The position numbers and the translations under genes were made by a program. The notes below the pieces were generated by a model. It did no database searches. It was not told the origin of the DNA and worked only from the letters and a program-made list of their open reading frames with translations. A stretch of 64,000 nucleotides of DNA from an uncultured cyanobacterium. GTDB taxonomy: Bacteria; Cyanobacteriota; Cyanobacteriia; Cyanobacteriales; CAWUOF01. The first letter of the stretch is position 1; the number at the start of each line of letters is the position of its first letter. The DNA lies in assembly GCA_963744145.1 (NCBI GenBank), contig CAVUSO010000001.1:64001-128000 (forward strand), given 5' to 3'. Below are positions 37,430 to 48,746 of this stretch, one piece after another.

Positions 37430-39676
37430 TTACTCATCCTCACCCCTAGTCTCCACGATTAAATCAGATTTATTTGATTTTACAAAAGATTGCACCGTTA
37501 GGATCACCTGCGGTAAATCTAATGGCTTACTCAAATAAGCATCAGCACCAGCTTGGAGACAGCGATCGCGATCTCCAGACATTGCCATTGCTGTGACAGC
37601 GATAACTGGCACTTTTTGCCACAGAGGATGTGCTTTCATTTGACGGATCAGCTCAAATCCATCAACTTCGGGCAATTGAATATCCATCAATACCAGATCT
37701 GGCAAAGAGCTAGGACTGACCAACTGGGAGTAAATCGTCTCTAACATAGTTTTCCCATCGGCAATCAACTCTACCGTAAAACCTTCATATTCCAACACTT
37801 CGGAAATCAACATTTGATTAGAGAGTTGATCCTCGACTACTAAAATTCGCTTAGTATCAACCCCATCGACCTGGGATAATCGATTCTGCTTCACGATGGG
37901 ATTAACCGGATCGGTGATCTCTACTCCATGAGTGATTTGTCCCATATTGGTTAAAGGTAACCAGACTCGAAATGTACTACCCGAACCGACTACTGATTGC
38001 ACTGAAACCGTCCCACCATGAAGTTCAGCTAATCGCTTTGTCAAAGCTAATCCCAACCCTGTACCTTCGTGTTTACGACTAAGAGAGCAATCGATTTGCT
38101 GAAAAGGACGAAATAATAAATGCCATTTATTTTCTGCTATCCCGATTCCTGAATCACTTACCTCTAAACAGAAATAAGGAGTATTCAGATTCATTGGTGA
38201 GCAATCAGGACGAAAATCTCCCTGAATATCCTGTCCATATTTTAATTTACTACTTAATTTAATTTGTCCCTTTTCTGGAGTAAATTTAACCGCATTTGCT
38301 AATAAATTAATTGCTATTTGTCGGACTCGACGCTCATCTAAAAATACCCGATTCAGCCGATAATCTAGTTCTAAGGATAAAGCGATCTGTTTTTTCTCCG
38401 CTCTGGGTTGCATCATTTTCAAGCATTCCATTAGGAAGTCTTGAATCGCGATCGCTTCTAGATTTAACTCAGCTTTACCTGCTTCGATTTTTGATAAATC
38501 CAGGATATCGTTAATTAGCTGTAGTAAATGTTGACCACTTTTTTCGATCGCATTGACGTGATTAATTTGACGAGGGGTCAGAGTTCCACCCGTTTGACGT
38601 AAGAGCAAGTCGGAAAATCCTAAAATACTATTGAGTGGTGTCCGCAGTTCATGGGACATCGAAGCGAGAAACTCTGATTTTAATTGAGAAGCTCGTTCTA
38701 ATTGTTCATTCGCGTGACGGAGATTTTCTTGATATTGAGCTCGTTCGATCGCTACCCCTAAAGTGCGACAAGCTGCCATCAGCATATCTTGTTGGGGTGC
38801 TTCTTGCAGTTTTTCTAAAGTGCGTGATTCGAGGGTCAGCACCCCAATAATCGTTCCCCGAGTTGAAGGAATCGGAAAAATCCCGATTTGACCAATTGCT
38901 GGATTACGAAATCCGATTACCGCTTTCGGATGGAGGTGATAATTTTCGACAAATATTGGTTGACCCGTTTCCACGACTTGCCATAGTAATCCTTGACCAT
39001 AGGGGATACCTTGCTCCAATACTGCTTGCATTTGGGATACTGCGGGTTCACCATAGGTAGCGATAAATTGGGTGGAAATTTGATTAGTAATTATTCCAGC
39101 CCAACGTTGATTACCTTCTCCAGTAATTACTTTGACATCACCAAATGCAGCATTCATTGCTTGGACTAGATAAGACAGAGCAAATTGACCAATTTCTCGC
39201 AGATCACCAGATACTTGGAGTCGTTCGGTTAGCCCTAGTAAAAATCTGAGTCTTCTGACTTCAGCGTTTAATGTTGCTTGGGAATGTTGATATTTGGTAA
39301 CATCTCGGAGGGTAAATAAACGCCCATCATCAGAAGTGATGCTGGTATAAACGTCTAGATAGATCCCGTTAGTTTGTTGCACATCAAAGGAAAAACTTTC
39401 TTGGATATCATTAGCGGTTAAAGCTTGTTTGAGTCGATCGCAATCTTGACTTGACCAATAGCCGAATGCCATTAATTTGGCACATAAAATATCTACATGG
39501 GGTTTTTGCTTGAGCCAATCTGTTTCTCCACCCCAAATTTCTGCTAGTTTGCGGTTGAATAGTACCAAGTGATGGGATTGATTAAATAATGCGATCGCAT
39601 TATCTACTTGGTTCAGAATTAATTCTTGCTCCTGCTTTAACTGTCGCAAGGATAGCTCTGTCTGATCTATTGTCAT
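37430..39676 (-). CDS. Hybrid sensor histidine kinase (PAS-GAF-HisKA-HATPase-REC)
   Basis: SHELRTPL, NLLANAVKFT, DSGIGI, GTGLGL, LMDIQLP. Confidence 0.93.
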   Translation of the reverse strand: MTIDQTELSLRQLKQEQELILNQVDNAIALFNQSHHLVLFNRKLAEIWGGETDWLKQKPHVDILCAKLMAFGYWSSQDCDRLKQALTANDIQESFSFDVQQTNGIYLDVYTSITSDDGRLFTLRDVTKYQHSQATLNAEVRRLRFLLGLTERLQVSGDLREIGQFALSYLVQAMNAAFGDVKVITGEGNQRWAGIITNQISTQFIATYGEPAVSQMQAVLEQGIPYGQGLLWQVVETGQPIFVENYHLHPKAVIGFRNPAIGQIGIFPIPSTRGTIIGVLTLESRTLEKLQEAPQQDMLMAACRTLGVAIERAQYQENLRHANEQLERASQLKSEFLASMSHELRTPLNSILGFSDLLLRQTGGTLTPRQINHVNAIEKSGQHLLQLINDILDLSKIEAGKAELNLEAIAIQDFLMECLKMMQPRAEKKQIALSLELDYRLNRVFLDERRVRQIAINLLANAVKFTPEKGQIKLSSKLKYGQDIQGDFRPDCSPMNLNTPYFCLEVSDSGIGIAENKWHLLFRPFQQIDCSLSRKHEGTGLGLALTKRLAELHGGTVSVQSVVGSGSTFRVWLPLTNMGQITHGVEITDPVNPIVKQNRLSQVDGVDTKRILVVEDQLSNQMLISEVLEYEGFTVELIADGKTMLETIYSQLVSPSSLPDLVLMDIQLPEVDGFELIRQMKAHPLWQKVPVIAVTAMAMSGDRDRCLQAGADAYLSKPLDLPQVILTVQSFVKSNKSDLIVETRGEDE

Positions 39677-39893
39677 GAATGAATAATCGTTATTTTTGAT
39701 CTTTTCTTTCTAATTTATCTAAATTTATCTAGCAGCGATCGCGATCATGATCTCTAATTTTTTTGATCTAAAAATTTACCAATTTTTTAGTTAAAATGAC
39801 TGACAGTTTTTGTGATTTTCCGACAAAAAAGGAATCTGTAATGGGTAATTTTTGGTCACATCACAATCACCCATTACTATTACCAAGAATATC

Positions 39894-40700
39894 TTATTTC
39901 CCGGTTTCTTCTAATGAGTAATATTTCACTACTGGTTTTTCAGCAATGTCTTTTAACCCCACTGATTGCAATAAACTTTTCCATTCATTGTTGAACTCAA
40001 CGTTATTAGGATTAGCTTGACGCAAATCTGCTAAAATTGATAGGGTATCTTGCCAAATTGACTCTTTGTTATAAGCAATTACACGCTCATAAGGTAATTT
40101 GGTATTTACCTGAGTGTCTTCAACTAGTTGGAGCCACCCATTCACGATCCGATCCTGATCTATTCTTTGTGGATCACAATGCAAAGCAAAAGTCCAATAA
40201 TAGTAATAGTCTTTATCCTGATCCTGATCCTTTTCTAAGTCTTTGGCATCTTTTGGTAGACTAATACTAATAATTCCTGGGCTACTAGGAGTTTGGAAGT
40301 CCGCTTGATAGATCGGATCACCTATATCCGTATTTACATACTTATACAGGGTAAAAGTCGCCTGTTTGTTGGTATAGTTGCTCGGCACATAGACAAAAAA
40401 TGTGGGATGCTTGGATACTGTTCGTGCTACGCTTGTCGGTGGCATTAACGCTGTGAGCTTATCGGATGGATCGACTAAACAAGTCCCCCTAGTACCACCT
40501 CCTTCGAGACGTCCGGGTGTTCCATTATCTGGTGGTTCGTAAACATTCCATTTATCTTTATTTGGGAGATTTTCGTTATCATTGGCTAACAAAGTTTCTC
40601 CCTGGGTCATCATCGAAAAACTCGGAGGGATCAACCATAGTTCGGTCGCTAGAACTATGGTTAAGGGTAAAATGTAGATGTAACGGCTTTTGTCAACCAT
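39894..40700 (-). CDS. DUF928 protein
   Basis: PP..G.PGR..GGGTRG, LTALMP, PTFFVYVP, YYWTF, WQDTL, W..LL.SVGL. Confidence 0.88.
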   Translation of the reverse strand: MVDKSRYIYILPLTIVLATELWLIPPSFSMMTQGETLLANDNENLPNKDKWNVYEPPDNGTPGRLEGGGTRGTCLVDPSDKLTALMPPTSVARTVSKHPTFFVYVPSNYTNKQATFTLYKYVNTDIGDPIYQADFQTPSSPGIISISLPKDAKDLEKDQDQDKDYYYYWTFALHCDPQRIDQDRIVNGWLQLVEDTQVNTKLPYERVIAYNKESIWQDTLSILADLRQANPNNVEFNNEWKSLLQSVGLKDIAEKPVVKYYSLEETGK

Positions 40701-40728
40701 AATCTTAATTTTTTATCTGGGATGTCGT

Positions 40729-41541
40729 TTATTTGATATTGGAACTTTCCAGATTAGCTGGTGGGGAAACACGTTCTCCTAAAGGTATTGCGGCAATTTT
40801 TTGGAGTCCAACTGAATTCAAAATATCAGTCCAAATTTTGGCGATCGCTAAATTGTTTGGATCGGATCGACGGATTTCTGCTAGAGTGGCTACGGTATCT
40901 AGCCAAAGTGATTCTTTTTGATAGGCTTCAACGAGTGCTATTCCTGATGATTGGGTTGACTTATTAGCTAAATCTGCACTAGGGGATACTCGTTTAATCC
41001 ATCCTTCTACTACCTGATCTGCGGCTCGATCTTTAGGATTCATAATCACGGAAAAGTACCAGTGATAGTTAAGCCCGACTTTTAGGGGTGGCAAATTAGC
41101 TGTTTCCGGTAAACTCAGGCTAATAATGCCTTCATTTCCGGTAGTTCTAAAAACAGTTTTATAAAATTCGCTTTGTGTCCCATCATCTCCATATTGATAC
41201 AGGACAAACTCAACTGGAGGTTTATCTGACATCTTGGGAAGATAGAACAAGAAACTAGGATACCCAGATACTGTTCGAGCCGTGCTAGTTGTGGGCATTA
41301 ATGCTATAATATCGGGTTTATCTTGAGTCCCACGAGTTCCTCCTGGCTCTCTACGTCCAGGGGCTCCATTTGCTGGAGGCTCAAATTCATTCCAATTATT
41401 TGGGATATTTTGTTGTTGGTCGCTTGCGGTATTTTCTGCCTTGGCTGGCGTAAAATTTCCTAAGCTGACTGGAATTGCAATTTGCAGCAATAGGGCTGCT
41501 GACAAGGTAATTGAGCTAATTGGTGATTTGACCCAAGTCAT
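40729..41541 (-). CDS. DUF928 protein
   Basis: GAPGRREPGGTRG, ALMP, YHWYF, WLDTV, LNSVGL. Confidence 0.88.
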   Translation of the reverse strand: MTWVKSPISSITLSAALLLQIAIPVSLGNFTPAKAENTASDQQQNIPNNWNEFEPPANGAPGRREPGGTRGTQDKPDIIALMPTTSTARTVSGYPSFLFYLPKMSDKPPVEFVLYQYGDDGTQSEFYKTVFRTTGNEGIISLSLPETANLPPLKVGLNYHWYFSVIMNPKDRAADQVVEGWIKRVSPSADLANKSTQSSGIALVEAYQKESLWLDTVATLAEIRRSDPNNLAIAKIWTDILNSVGLQKIAAIPLGERVSPPANLESSNIK

Positions 41542-42094
41542 GATAAAACTGCCTTTTTCTACAATAAGCTACAGTAAACACAAATAAGATGCCTTTCTTT
41601 AACCCTGATCTCCCTCTTAGCGGTTGACCTTATTTCTCTCTTCATTATACAGTATATATTTTCCAATAGTGGCAAATTACTCCAATTAATGAGCAAAAAT
41701 ATTCATACCTATGCTTATTAGGGGGGTTTCCCGGACTAATCTTACTCACTAACTCGATAAATTTTCACATTTTTCAGTATTTTTACTGATGACAGGTTGA
41801 ACCTCTGAGCTAGTTACAGTTGGCGATTCAGCATTTTCCCTGGATGTTGATCATCGGTGCAGGATTTAATTTAACTTTTTCCACCTTGAGCTATTTTAGG
41901 GTATTTTGTCATTAAACGTCTATATAGACTTTGATTTAAGCTAGGATTGACCATTCTCATGTTATAACTACAACTTAACTTCTAAAATTCACGGCGACAC
42001 CAACCAGAAAAAAAGCAAAAATTCTCTAAAAATTAGGATTTTTCTCGATTTTCCTCTGGGTAACCTTTGTCAAAAAAAAATCAAATTATTTGCT

Positions 42095-43765
42095 ATGAGT
42101 TCTGATTCCCTGGTTATTTCTCCCAGCCAAAATCCCTGGTTCCGCACCATTAGACCCATAGGGGTTTATGCTTTACATGGTATAGCTTTTACCGGGGATA
42201 AACTGATGGCGATCGATTCAGTTCGAGGACATCTACTCCAAATTGATCCAATCACAGATAACACAGTTATTCTCAATGGAGAACAAGTAGCAGATTATAT
42301 TGGTGCTACCGGATTGGCAATTTGGGAAGATACCATCTGGTTTAGTCGGGACTACAGAATTTATTACTGTAATTTCGCAGATTTAACTCCCCAACGTTTT
42401 ATCACCCTACCCTATCCCATTGATGGGTTAGCTGTTTGGCAAAAAACTTTGTATGCGAGCTGTCAGAAAAGCGGCTATATCCATATCTTTGACCGGAATT
42501 CAGCTAGACAAATTACTAACTTTTATACCCCAGGGATTGGACTGGAAAATTTGACCGTAACTAGTGAGGAACTTTGGGTTTGTGATTCAACAGAACAAAC
42601 CATCTACTGTCTTGATCGCGCGACGGGAAAAGTTAACTTCAGTGTCCTCACCCCCTTTGAATTTCCCACGGGATTAGCTTTTCATCACCATCAGGAAACC
42701 AATCAAGCAACGCTCTATGTCGCTTATGGTGGGGAAGAGCCTTATATTCGTGATGATCCTAACTCAGAACCTTCTCAGCAGTTAGCTTGGCGCGATCGCA
42801 CTTTTATCCATCCTCTCTATTTTCATCATTATCCCCAAAGTAACTATGCTCTGTCCAATGGCTATTTAGTCGAAATGTCTTATGTCGAGGAATTATCTCC
42901 CCTAAAAGAATTACATTTAGACCAATTAGAATGGAGGATTGCTCTCCCAACGGAAACAGATCGACAAAAAGTCAAACAGATCGAAGCGATCGGTAGACCA
43001 TTCACCGAAGAAATTTTAGATGGTCAAAAGGTAGCTGTGTTTAAGTTTGATACCCTCAAACCGAACGAACAACACTTATTTGGTTGGAAAGCACTGTTAG
43101 AACTACGTGGAATTAAATATCAGATTACTCCCCGTGCTTTAGAAAATATTCCACCTTTGTCTCCAGAATTTCGAGCTAGATACTTAGTAGATGATGACGA
43201 TTTAGCGATGGATCATCCTTCGATTCAGAAAGCTGCTCAGGAAGCGATCGGAAGAGAGACCAATCTACTTAGACAAATGTTGAGTATTCGGAATTATGTT
43301 TATGACCAGCTTTCCTATGGGATTAGACCCCAAATTGATACACCTGATATTGTCCTCGCTCGTGGGGTTGGTTCTTGTGGAGAATATGTCGGATTATTAT
43401 TGGCTCTTACCCGTTTAAATGGAATTGCTTGTCGGACAGTGGGACGCTATAAATGTCCAGCTCATCCCGAACTACGAAATATCCCATTACAACCTGATTT
43501 TAATCACGTTTGGCTAGAATTTTATGTTCCCTCGATTGGATGGTTACCAATGGAATCTAATCCAGATGACATCCAGGAACAAGGTCCCTATCCCACGCGA
43601 TTTTTTATGGGGTTACCTTGGAATCATGTGGAAATTGGGAAAGGAATTCCCTTTGCTACCCTGAAAACTGCTGGTGTAGCTGTCAATAAAGAGGAAATTT
43701 CCATCGGGGAGTTAGCTATTAATCATGTCCGGTTTACAATTTTGGCAGAATTAATGGCAAATTAA
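42095..43765 (+). CDS. Transglutaminase-like protein with N-terminal beta-propeller-like region
   Basis: GVGSCGEY (catalytic Cys), NHVWLEFY..GW.PME motifs. Confidence 0.85.
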   Translation: MSSDSLVISPSQNPWFRTIRPIGVYALHGIAFTGDKLMAIDSVRGHLLQIDPITDNTVILNGEQVADYIGATGLAIWEDTIWFSRDYRIYYCNFADLTPQRFITLPYPIDGLAVWQKTLYASCQKSGYIHIFDRNSARQITNFYTPGIGLENLTVTSEELWVCDSTEQTIYCLDRATGKVNFSVLTPFEFPTGLAFHHHQETNQATLYVAYGGEEPYIRDDPNSEPSQQLAWRDRTFIHPLYFHHYPQSNYALSNGYLVEMSYVEELSPLKELHLDQLEWRIALPTETDRQKVKQIEAIGRPFTEEILDGQKVAVFKFDTLKPNEQHLFGWKALLELRGIKYQITPRALENIPPLSPEFRARYLVDDDDLAMDHPSIQKAAQEAIGRETNLLRQMLSIRNYVYDQLSYGIRPQIDTPDIVLARGVGSCGEYVGLLLALTRLNGIACRTVGRYKCPAHPELRNIPLQPDFNHVWLEFYVPSIGWLPMESNPDDIQEQGPYPTRFFMGLPWNHVEIGKGIPFATLKTAGVAVNKEEISIGELAINHVRFTILAELMAN

Positions 43766-43807
43766 GGCAAAATAGATCATTATCGATCTCTTTGTAGTAA
43801 AAAAACG

Positions 43808-44581
43808 ATGGAAATTATCCCCGCGATCGACTTATTGGATGGTCGTTGTGTGCGACTATATCAGGGAGATTATGCTCAAAGTCAAGTTTTTGCCGAAAAT
43901 CCGGTTGAAATGGCTAGATCATGGGTAGAGCAAGGTGCCACCAGACTCCATCTGGTAGACTTAGATGGAGCTAAAACAGGTAAACTCCATAATCTTAAAG
44001 CAATTGAAGCGATCACATTAGCTGTATCAGTACCGATTCAAGTTGGGGGTGGGTTGCGATCGCGGGATACGGTAGCATCTTTATTATCGATCGGGGTCAA
44101 ACAGACCATTTTAGGGACGATCGCAGTCGAACAACCTGATTTAGTAGCACAACTCTGTCAGGAATTTCCTGGTCAAATTGTGATCGGGATTGATGCTCGT
44201 GATGGTAAGGTTGCGATTCAAGGTTGGTTAGAGACTTCTCCAGTTTTAGCGATCGATTTAGCGAAACAGATGGCTCAGTTAGGAGTAGCGAGAATTATTT
44301 ATACTGATATTTACCGTGATGGGACTTTAACTGGACCTAACTTAACCGCATTACGAGAAATAGCGACATCAGTTGATATTCCCATTATTGCTTCTGGTGG
44401 AGTTAGTTCTGTGACTGATTTGTTAAATTTACTCACACTTGAACCACTAGGAGTCACAGGAGTGATCATTGGGAGCGCTCTTTATACTAAAAAGATTCTG
44501 CTGAAAGAAGCAATTCAAGCAGTCGGATCGGGTAGAATCCAGGATATTCCGCTAGACTTTGGTAATTCTACCTTTGCTTAA
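43808..44581 (+). CDS. hisA: ProFAR isomerase HisA
   Basis: [39 protein letters not shown]. Confidence 0.97.
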   Translation: MEIIPAIDLLDGRCVRLYQGDYAQSQVFAENPVEMARSWVEQGATRLHLVDLDGAKTGKLHNLKAIEAITLAVSVPIQVGGGLRSRDTVASLLSIGVKQTILGTIAVEQPDLVAQLCQEFPGQIVIGIDARDGKVAIQGWLETSPVLAIDLAKQMAQLGVARIIYTDIYRDGTLTGPNLTALREIATSVDIPIIASGGVSSVTDLLNLLTLEPLGVTGVIIGSALYTKKILLKEAIQAVGSGRIQDIPLDFGNSTFA

Positions 44582-44592
44582 CTTAGATCAAC

Positions 44593-45066
44593 CTATTCAG
44601 ATCCAGGATTGATTTCGATCATAGTCCAAGTAGTATAGGTGCCGATCGGACTCCAGATGATATATGGTAGCAACAAAACAGCAGCCCAGGGGGAGATTAA
44701 CCTGACAAAGATCGCTAATACAATACTCAAACCAGCACCAGTTCCACCAATTACAGTCCCAACTTTCAAGCTCCGCAATTTACACATGACGGGATTATAA
44801 GCAAGAGTGAGGGTTTCCAAGCATAAATAAAGACTCATGAGTAACCAAGTATGTTCTGTATTTGGAGCTGTTTCCCAAATAATATAAGCAGACCAACCAC
44901 CACAAACGAAGATCGTACTCCAAATAAAGGGAATTGCGACTTCAAAAGTTAACCAGTTGGGACGTTGGAGACGATTAAACCAACTGCGATCGCTCTGATT
45001 AGTCAATCCACTACTCAAGAAAGCAACTAGAAAAGTTATTCCTCCAATTACCATCCAAGATTTCAT
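44593..45066 (-). CDS. TspO/MBR family membrane protein
   Basis: WFNRLQRPNW, LLLPYIIW; AGGAGG ribosome-binding site upstream. Confidence 0.9.
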   Translation of the reverse strand: MKSWMVIGGITFLVAFLSSGLTNQSDRSWFNRLQRPNWLTFEVAIPFIWSTIFVCGGWSAYIIWETAPNTEHTWLLMSLYLCLETLTLAYNPVMCKLRSLKVGTVIGGTGAGLSIVLAIFVRLISPWAAVLLLPYIIWSPIGTYTTWTMIEINPGSE

Positions 45067-45310
45067 CAACCCTCCTACTTAGCTGTCCCGATTTGGTTTA
45101 ATTCTAACATTTAGCGCCAAATTGTGGGATAATAATTATTTAAATTGCGGGACAATCTCTAATTTTTTGAGTTGAATGCTTGAATTTTAATATTTTTAAC
45201 TTAAATCGGAATATTCTGAGGTTAGATATTGGTAATAATTAAGTTTTGCCAGAACTAATCTTAACAACTTGCTGCCATAATTTAAGATTAATTTAGTGTT
45301 CAATAGACTA

Positions 45311-45339
45311 TTGACGAGTCCCAGAAAACCACTTAAAAT
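45311..45339 (+). promoter_or_regulatory. Sigma70-type promoter TTGACG-N17-TAAAAT
   Basis: Near-consensus hexamers with a 17-bp spacer, conserved in the duplicate copy. Confidence 0.7.
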
Positions 45340-45378
45340 CGGGAAGGACGTGAAAATCCTTTTAGGGGTATATCGATT

Positions 45379-46191
45379 ATGAAACTTCAAGATGTATTTC
45401 ATAGTGGCAAAACAATAGCATTCTCTGACCTAGCAACAGATACCGAATTAGTCAAACAAATTCAAATTCGTCTTCTGCAACTCAAGGTTTTAAGTGGTGA
45501 TGCGGATGGACAGTATGGACCAATAACAGAAGGAGCTCTCAAAACCTTCGCATCAGCCTTCAAATTATCTACCACAGAGCTGAATAAAGACTTAGCTAAA
45601 AAGTTAATTGAAGCTAAAGAAGTTCCTGGTTTACCCAAAAAAGATGATTTAATCACTCCCGATATGGTTGCTAATATTTTGGGATGCGATATAAGTCAAC
45701 CGCAAACTTATTTACCAGGGGTTTTGCAGGCATTACGAGACTATAATATTTATAACCGACCAACTTTAATCGCAGCGATCGCCACCATTGGAGTAGAAAC
45801 TGAAGGATTTCAGCCGATTGAGGAATATGGGGATGATGCGTATTTTACCGAAAACTATGAAGGTCGAGACGATTTAGGTAATACTCAACCAGGAGACGGA
45901 GCCCGTTACCATGGACGAGGATTTGTGCAAATTACTGGTCGGGCAAATTATCACGATTATGGAGAGAAAATTGGGATTGGGACTCAGTTGGAAGATAACC
46001 CAGATTTAGCACTAGATGCAAAGGTAGCAGCTGAAATTTTAGCTTGTTATTTCCAAGATCATGACATTAGCGATACTGCTGCTGCTGGAGATTGGCAAGG
46101 AGTACGGATTGCTGTTAATGGAGGTTTGAATGGATGGGATGTATTTAGTGGCTATGTCGATGCAGCCGACCAAACAATCCCTTCCTTCTAA
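45379..46191 (+). CDS. Peptidoglycan-binding domain + GH19 (lysozyme/chitinase-like) protein, copy 1
   Basis: DGQYGP.T PG-binding motif; [34 protein letters not shown]. Confidence 0.85.
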   Translation: MKLQDVFHSGKTIAFSDLATDTELVKQIQIRLLQLKVLSGDADGQYGPITEGALKTFASAFKLSTTELNKDLAKKLIEAKEVPGLPKKDDLITPDMVANILGCDISQPQTYLPGVLQALRDYNIYNRPTLIAAIATIGVETEGFQPIEEYGDDAYFTENYEGRDDLGNTQPGDGARYHGRGFVQITGRANYHDYGEKIGIGTQLEDNPDLALDAKVAAEILACYFQDHDISDTAAAGDWQGVRIAVNGGLNGWDVFSGYVDAADQTIPSF

Positions 46192-46428
46192 ATGATCTAG
46201 GGCAAATACATCTGAGTTGATCAACCTTAACTAGCAAGCTAGGTTTGGTCAGATTTCTATGTGTTTGCCCAATCCCGTTATTCTTTCGGCTCGGAAGTAA
46301 CTGATTTCAGCTCTTCAATTTCCAATAAACTCCCAATTATTGCAGCGATTAAATCTCCCATTTACCCAAAAAATAATCTGTACAACTCCTGGCGATAATT
46401 TCAGCTTAAATTATTGCTTAATCGACTA

Positions 46429-46457
46429 TTGACGAGGGCATGAAAACCACCTAAAAT
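46429..46457 (+). promoter_or_regulatory. Sigma70-type promoter TTGACG-N17-TAAAAT (duplicate)
   Basis: Same hexamers and spacing as 45311-45339; only the spacer differs. Confidence 0.7.
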
Positions 46458-46495
46458 CTGGAAGGATAGAAAATCCTTTTAGGGGTATATCGATT

Positions 46496-47311
46496 ATGAA
46501 ACTTCAAGATGTATTTCACAGTGGCAAAGCAATAACATTCTCTAATCTGGCAAAAGATACCGAATTAGTCAAACAAATTCAAATTCGTCTCATTCAAGTC
46601 AAGATCCTAGATGATGGTGATGCGGATGGACAGTATGGACCAAAAACAGAAGAAGCCATCAAGAGCTTTGCATCAGCATTCAAATTGTCTACCACAGAGC
46701 TAAATAAAGACTTAGCTAAAAAGTTAATTGAAGCTACGAAAGTTCCTGGTTTCCCCAAAAAAGATGATGTCATCACTCCCGAACAGGTTGCTAATATTTT
46801 GGGATGTCCGATCGAGCAACCACAAACTTATTTACCAGGAGTTTTGGCAGCATTACGGGACTATAATATTCATAACCGACCAACTTTAATCGCAGCGATC
46901 GCCACCATTGGAGTAGAAACTGAAGGATTTCAGCCGATCGAGGAATATGGGGATGATGCGTATTTTACCGAAAACTATGAAGGTCGAGACGATTTAGGTA
47001 ATACTCAACCAGGAGATGGAGCTCGTTACCATGGACGGGGATTTGTGCAAATTACTGGTCGAGCAAATTATCGCGACTATGGTCAAAAAGTTGGGATTGG
47101 TTCTCAGTTGGAAGATAATCCAGATTTAGCTCTAGATGCAAAGATAGCAGCTAAAATTTTAGCTTGTTATTTCAAAGATCATGACATTGAGAGTAGCGCC
47201 GCTGGTGGAGATTGGCAAGGAGTACGTATTGCTGTCAATGGAGGTTTGAATGGATGGGATGTATTTAGTGGCTATGTAGATACAGCCGACCAAACAGTTC
47301 CTTCCTTCTAA
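46496..47311 (+). CDS. Peptidoglycan-binding domain + GH19 protein, copy 2
   Basis: Close paralog of 45379-46191. Confidence 0.85.
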   Translation: MKLQDVFHSGKAITFSNLAKDTELVKQIQIRLIQVKILDDGDADGQYGPKTEEAIKSFASAFKLSTTELNKDLAKKLIEATKVPGFPKKDDVITPEQVANILGCPIEQPQTYLPGVLAALRDYNIHNRPTLIAAIATIGVETEGFQPIEEYGDDAYFTENYEGRDDLGNTQPGDGARYHGRGFVQITGRANYRDYGQKVGIGSQLEDNPDLALDAKIAAKILACYFKDHDIESSAAGGDWQGVRIAVNGGLNGWDVFSGYVDTADQTVPSF

Positions 47312-47395
47312 ATGATAGGGCAAATACAGCTGAATTGTTAAACCAAAACTAGCGAGCTAGGTTTGATCAGATTTCTATGTGTTTGCCCAATCTAT

Positions 47396-48448
47396 TTATT
47401 CTTTCGGCTCGGAAGTAACTGATTTCATATCTTCAATTTCAAATAAACTCACAATGATCCCAGCGATCGGAATCGCCATAAAAATCCCCAGTAGACCACC
47501 AATTCTCGCCCCGATTAATAGGGCAAAAAAAACTACTACAGGATTAAGGTTTAAAAAATTTTGCATGATATGAGGTGCGATTAAGTTATCTTTGATTTGC
47601 TGGATAATTAGACAACCTATAAGTACCTTCACTGCCATGAAAATATCTTGGGTTAATACAATTACAGCAATTAAACTGATTCCTAACGTAGCTCCAATCC
47701 CAGGGATAGCTTCAAAAATTCCGCCAATTAAAGCCAAAACTAAAGAGAAAGGAACTTGGATGAATAAAAATAAAATAAATATGGCAATGCTGAAAAATAA
47801 GCTTAAAAGTAACTGACCTCGAAAGAAAGCTAGGAAGTTGCGTTGAATCACTTCACTAAACCGCTCTCTAATCGAAACCGGGAAAAATTTTAGGATAAAT
47901 TTCCATAACTTTTCGCCATCTAAAAGCATGAAAAAAGCTACAACTGCCACTAAAATAAGTCCAAGTAAGTTAGTTAAGATCACCTGAGAAGTAGCAATAA
48001 TTCCACCAATAATTTCTAGGATTTGGGTGCGGAGTGATTGTTCAATGGAATAAATATCAACTTGAATATTATGTTGACTCAAAGTTCTTTGAAATTGTTC
48101 TAATAAAGGATGTAACGAGCTTAAAAAATTGGTAATACTATCGAGCAGTTGCTGTCCTTGGGAAACAATTGATAATCCGATGGTAATGGTGAAAATTCCG
48201 ATCAGGAGCAAACTCAGTAAAAAAACTAAGCTAACTGCTAAACTATGGGGTAAAAATCGACTCAGCGATCGGGTGGGATAATTGAGTAAAAATGCCAAAA
48301 TCGCAGCCATAGTAAAAATCGCGATAATCGATTGAAAGTAAGTAAAAAACTCGATTAAAGCCCACCCACAAGCAAAGAGTAATAAAAATCGAAATGATGC
48401 GATCTTATCTAGCTGTTCCCATAGATTTTTCCCCGATAAATCACTCAT
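47396..48448 (-). CDS. AI-2E family transporter
   Basis: Multi-TM protein; IPGIG, IQQIKDNLIAP, GGLLGIFMAIP. Confidence 0.9.
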   Translation of the reverse strand: MSDLSGKNLWEQLDKIASFRFLLLFACGWALIEFFTYFQSIIAIFTMAAILAFLLNYPTRSLSRFLPHSLAVSLVFLLSLLLIGIFTITIGLSIVSQGQQLLDSITNFLSSLHPLLEQFQRTLSQHNIQVDIYSIEQSLRTQILEIIGGIIATSQVILTNLLGLILVAVVAFFMLLDGEKLWKFILKFFPVSIRERFSEVIQRNFLAFFRGQLLLSLFFSIAIFILFLFIQVPFSLVLALIGGIFEAIPGIGATLGISLIAVIVLTQDIFMAVKVLIGCLIIQQIKDNLIAPHIMQNFLNLNPVVVFFALLIGARIGGLLGIFMAIPIAGIIVSLFEIEDMKSVTSEPKE

Positions 48449-48738
48449 GTAACTAACTCTTGAATTAACACATAAGGTTGGATAATTAGAGCATTAAAAC
48501 GTTTATGATCATGATTATTCCAATCGGCAATCTGAGGAGAAGAAGGTTTAGCAATTAATTGTTCTGCTAACCAATGTTCAACCAACTTAGTATGATCATT
48601 AGCGATCGCCATTCCCACCTCAACTAAATCTAAATGCAGCGCCACTAAAAATACAGTTTCCCGCTGAACATGGGGAAGTAACCAACTCCATTCTGCTTGA
48701 TCTAGAGACGCTGTTAATTCTGCTTTTAAATCTGACAT
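48445..48738 (-). CDS. DUF2288 family protein
   Basis: WSWLLPH, LDLVEVG.AIA.D, IIQPYVLIQ. Confidence 0.85.
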   Translation of the reverse strand: MSDLKAELTASLDQAEWSWLLPHVQRETVFLVALHLDLVEVGMAIANDHTKLVEHWLAEQLIAKPSSPQIADWNNHDHKRFNALIIQPYVLIQELVT

Positions 48739-48746
48739 AAACTTAC

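Noticed and set aside
45379-47311. Prophage lysis cassette
   Set aside because: No holin, structural or integrase genes nearby; the flanks are housekeeping genes.
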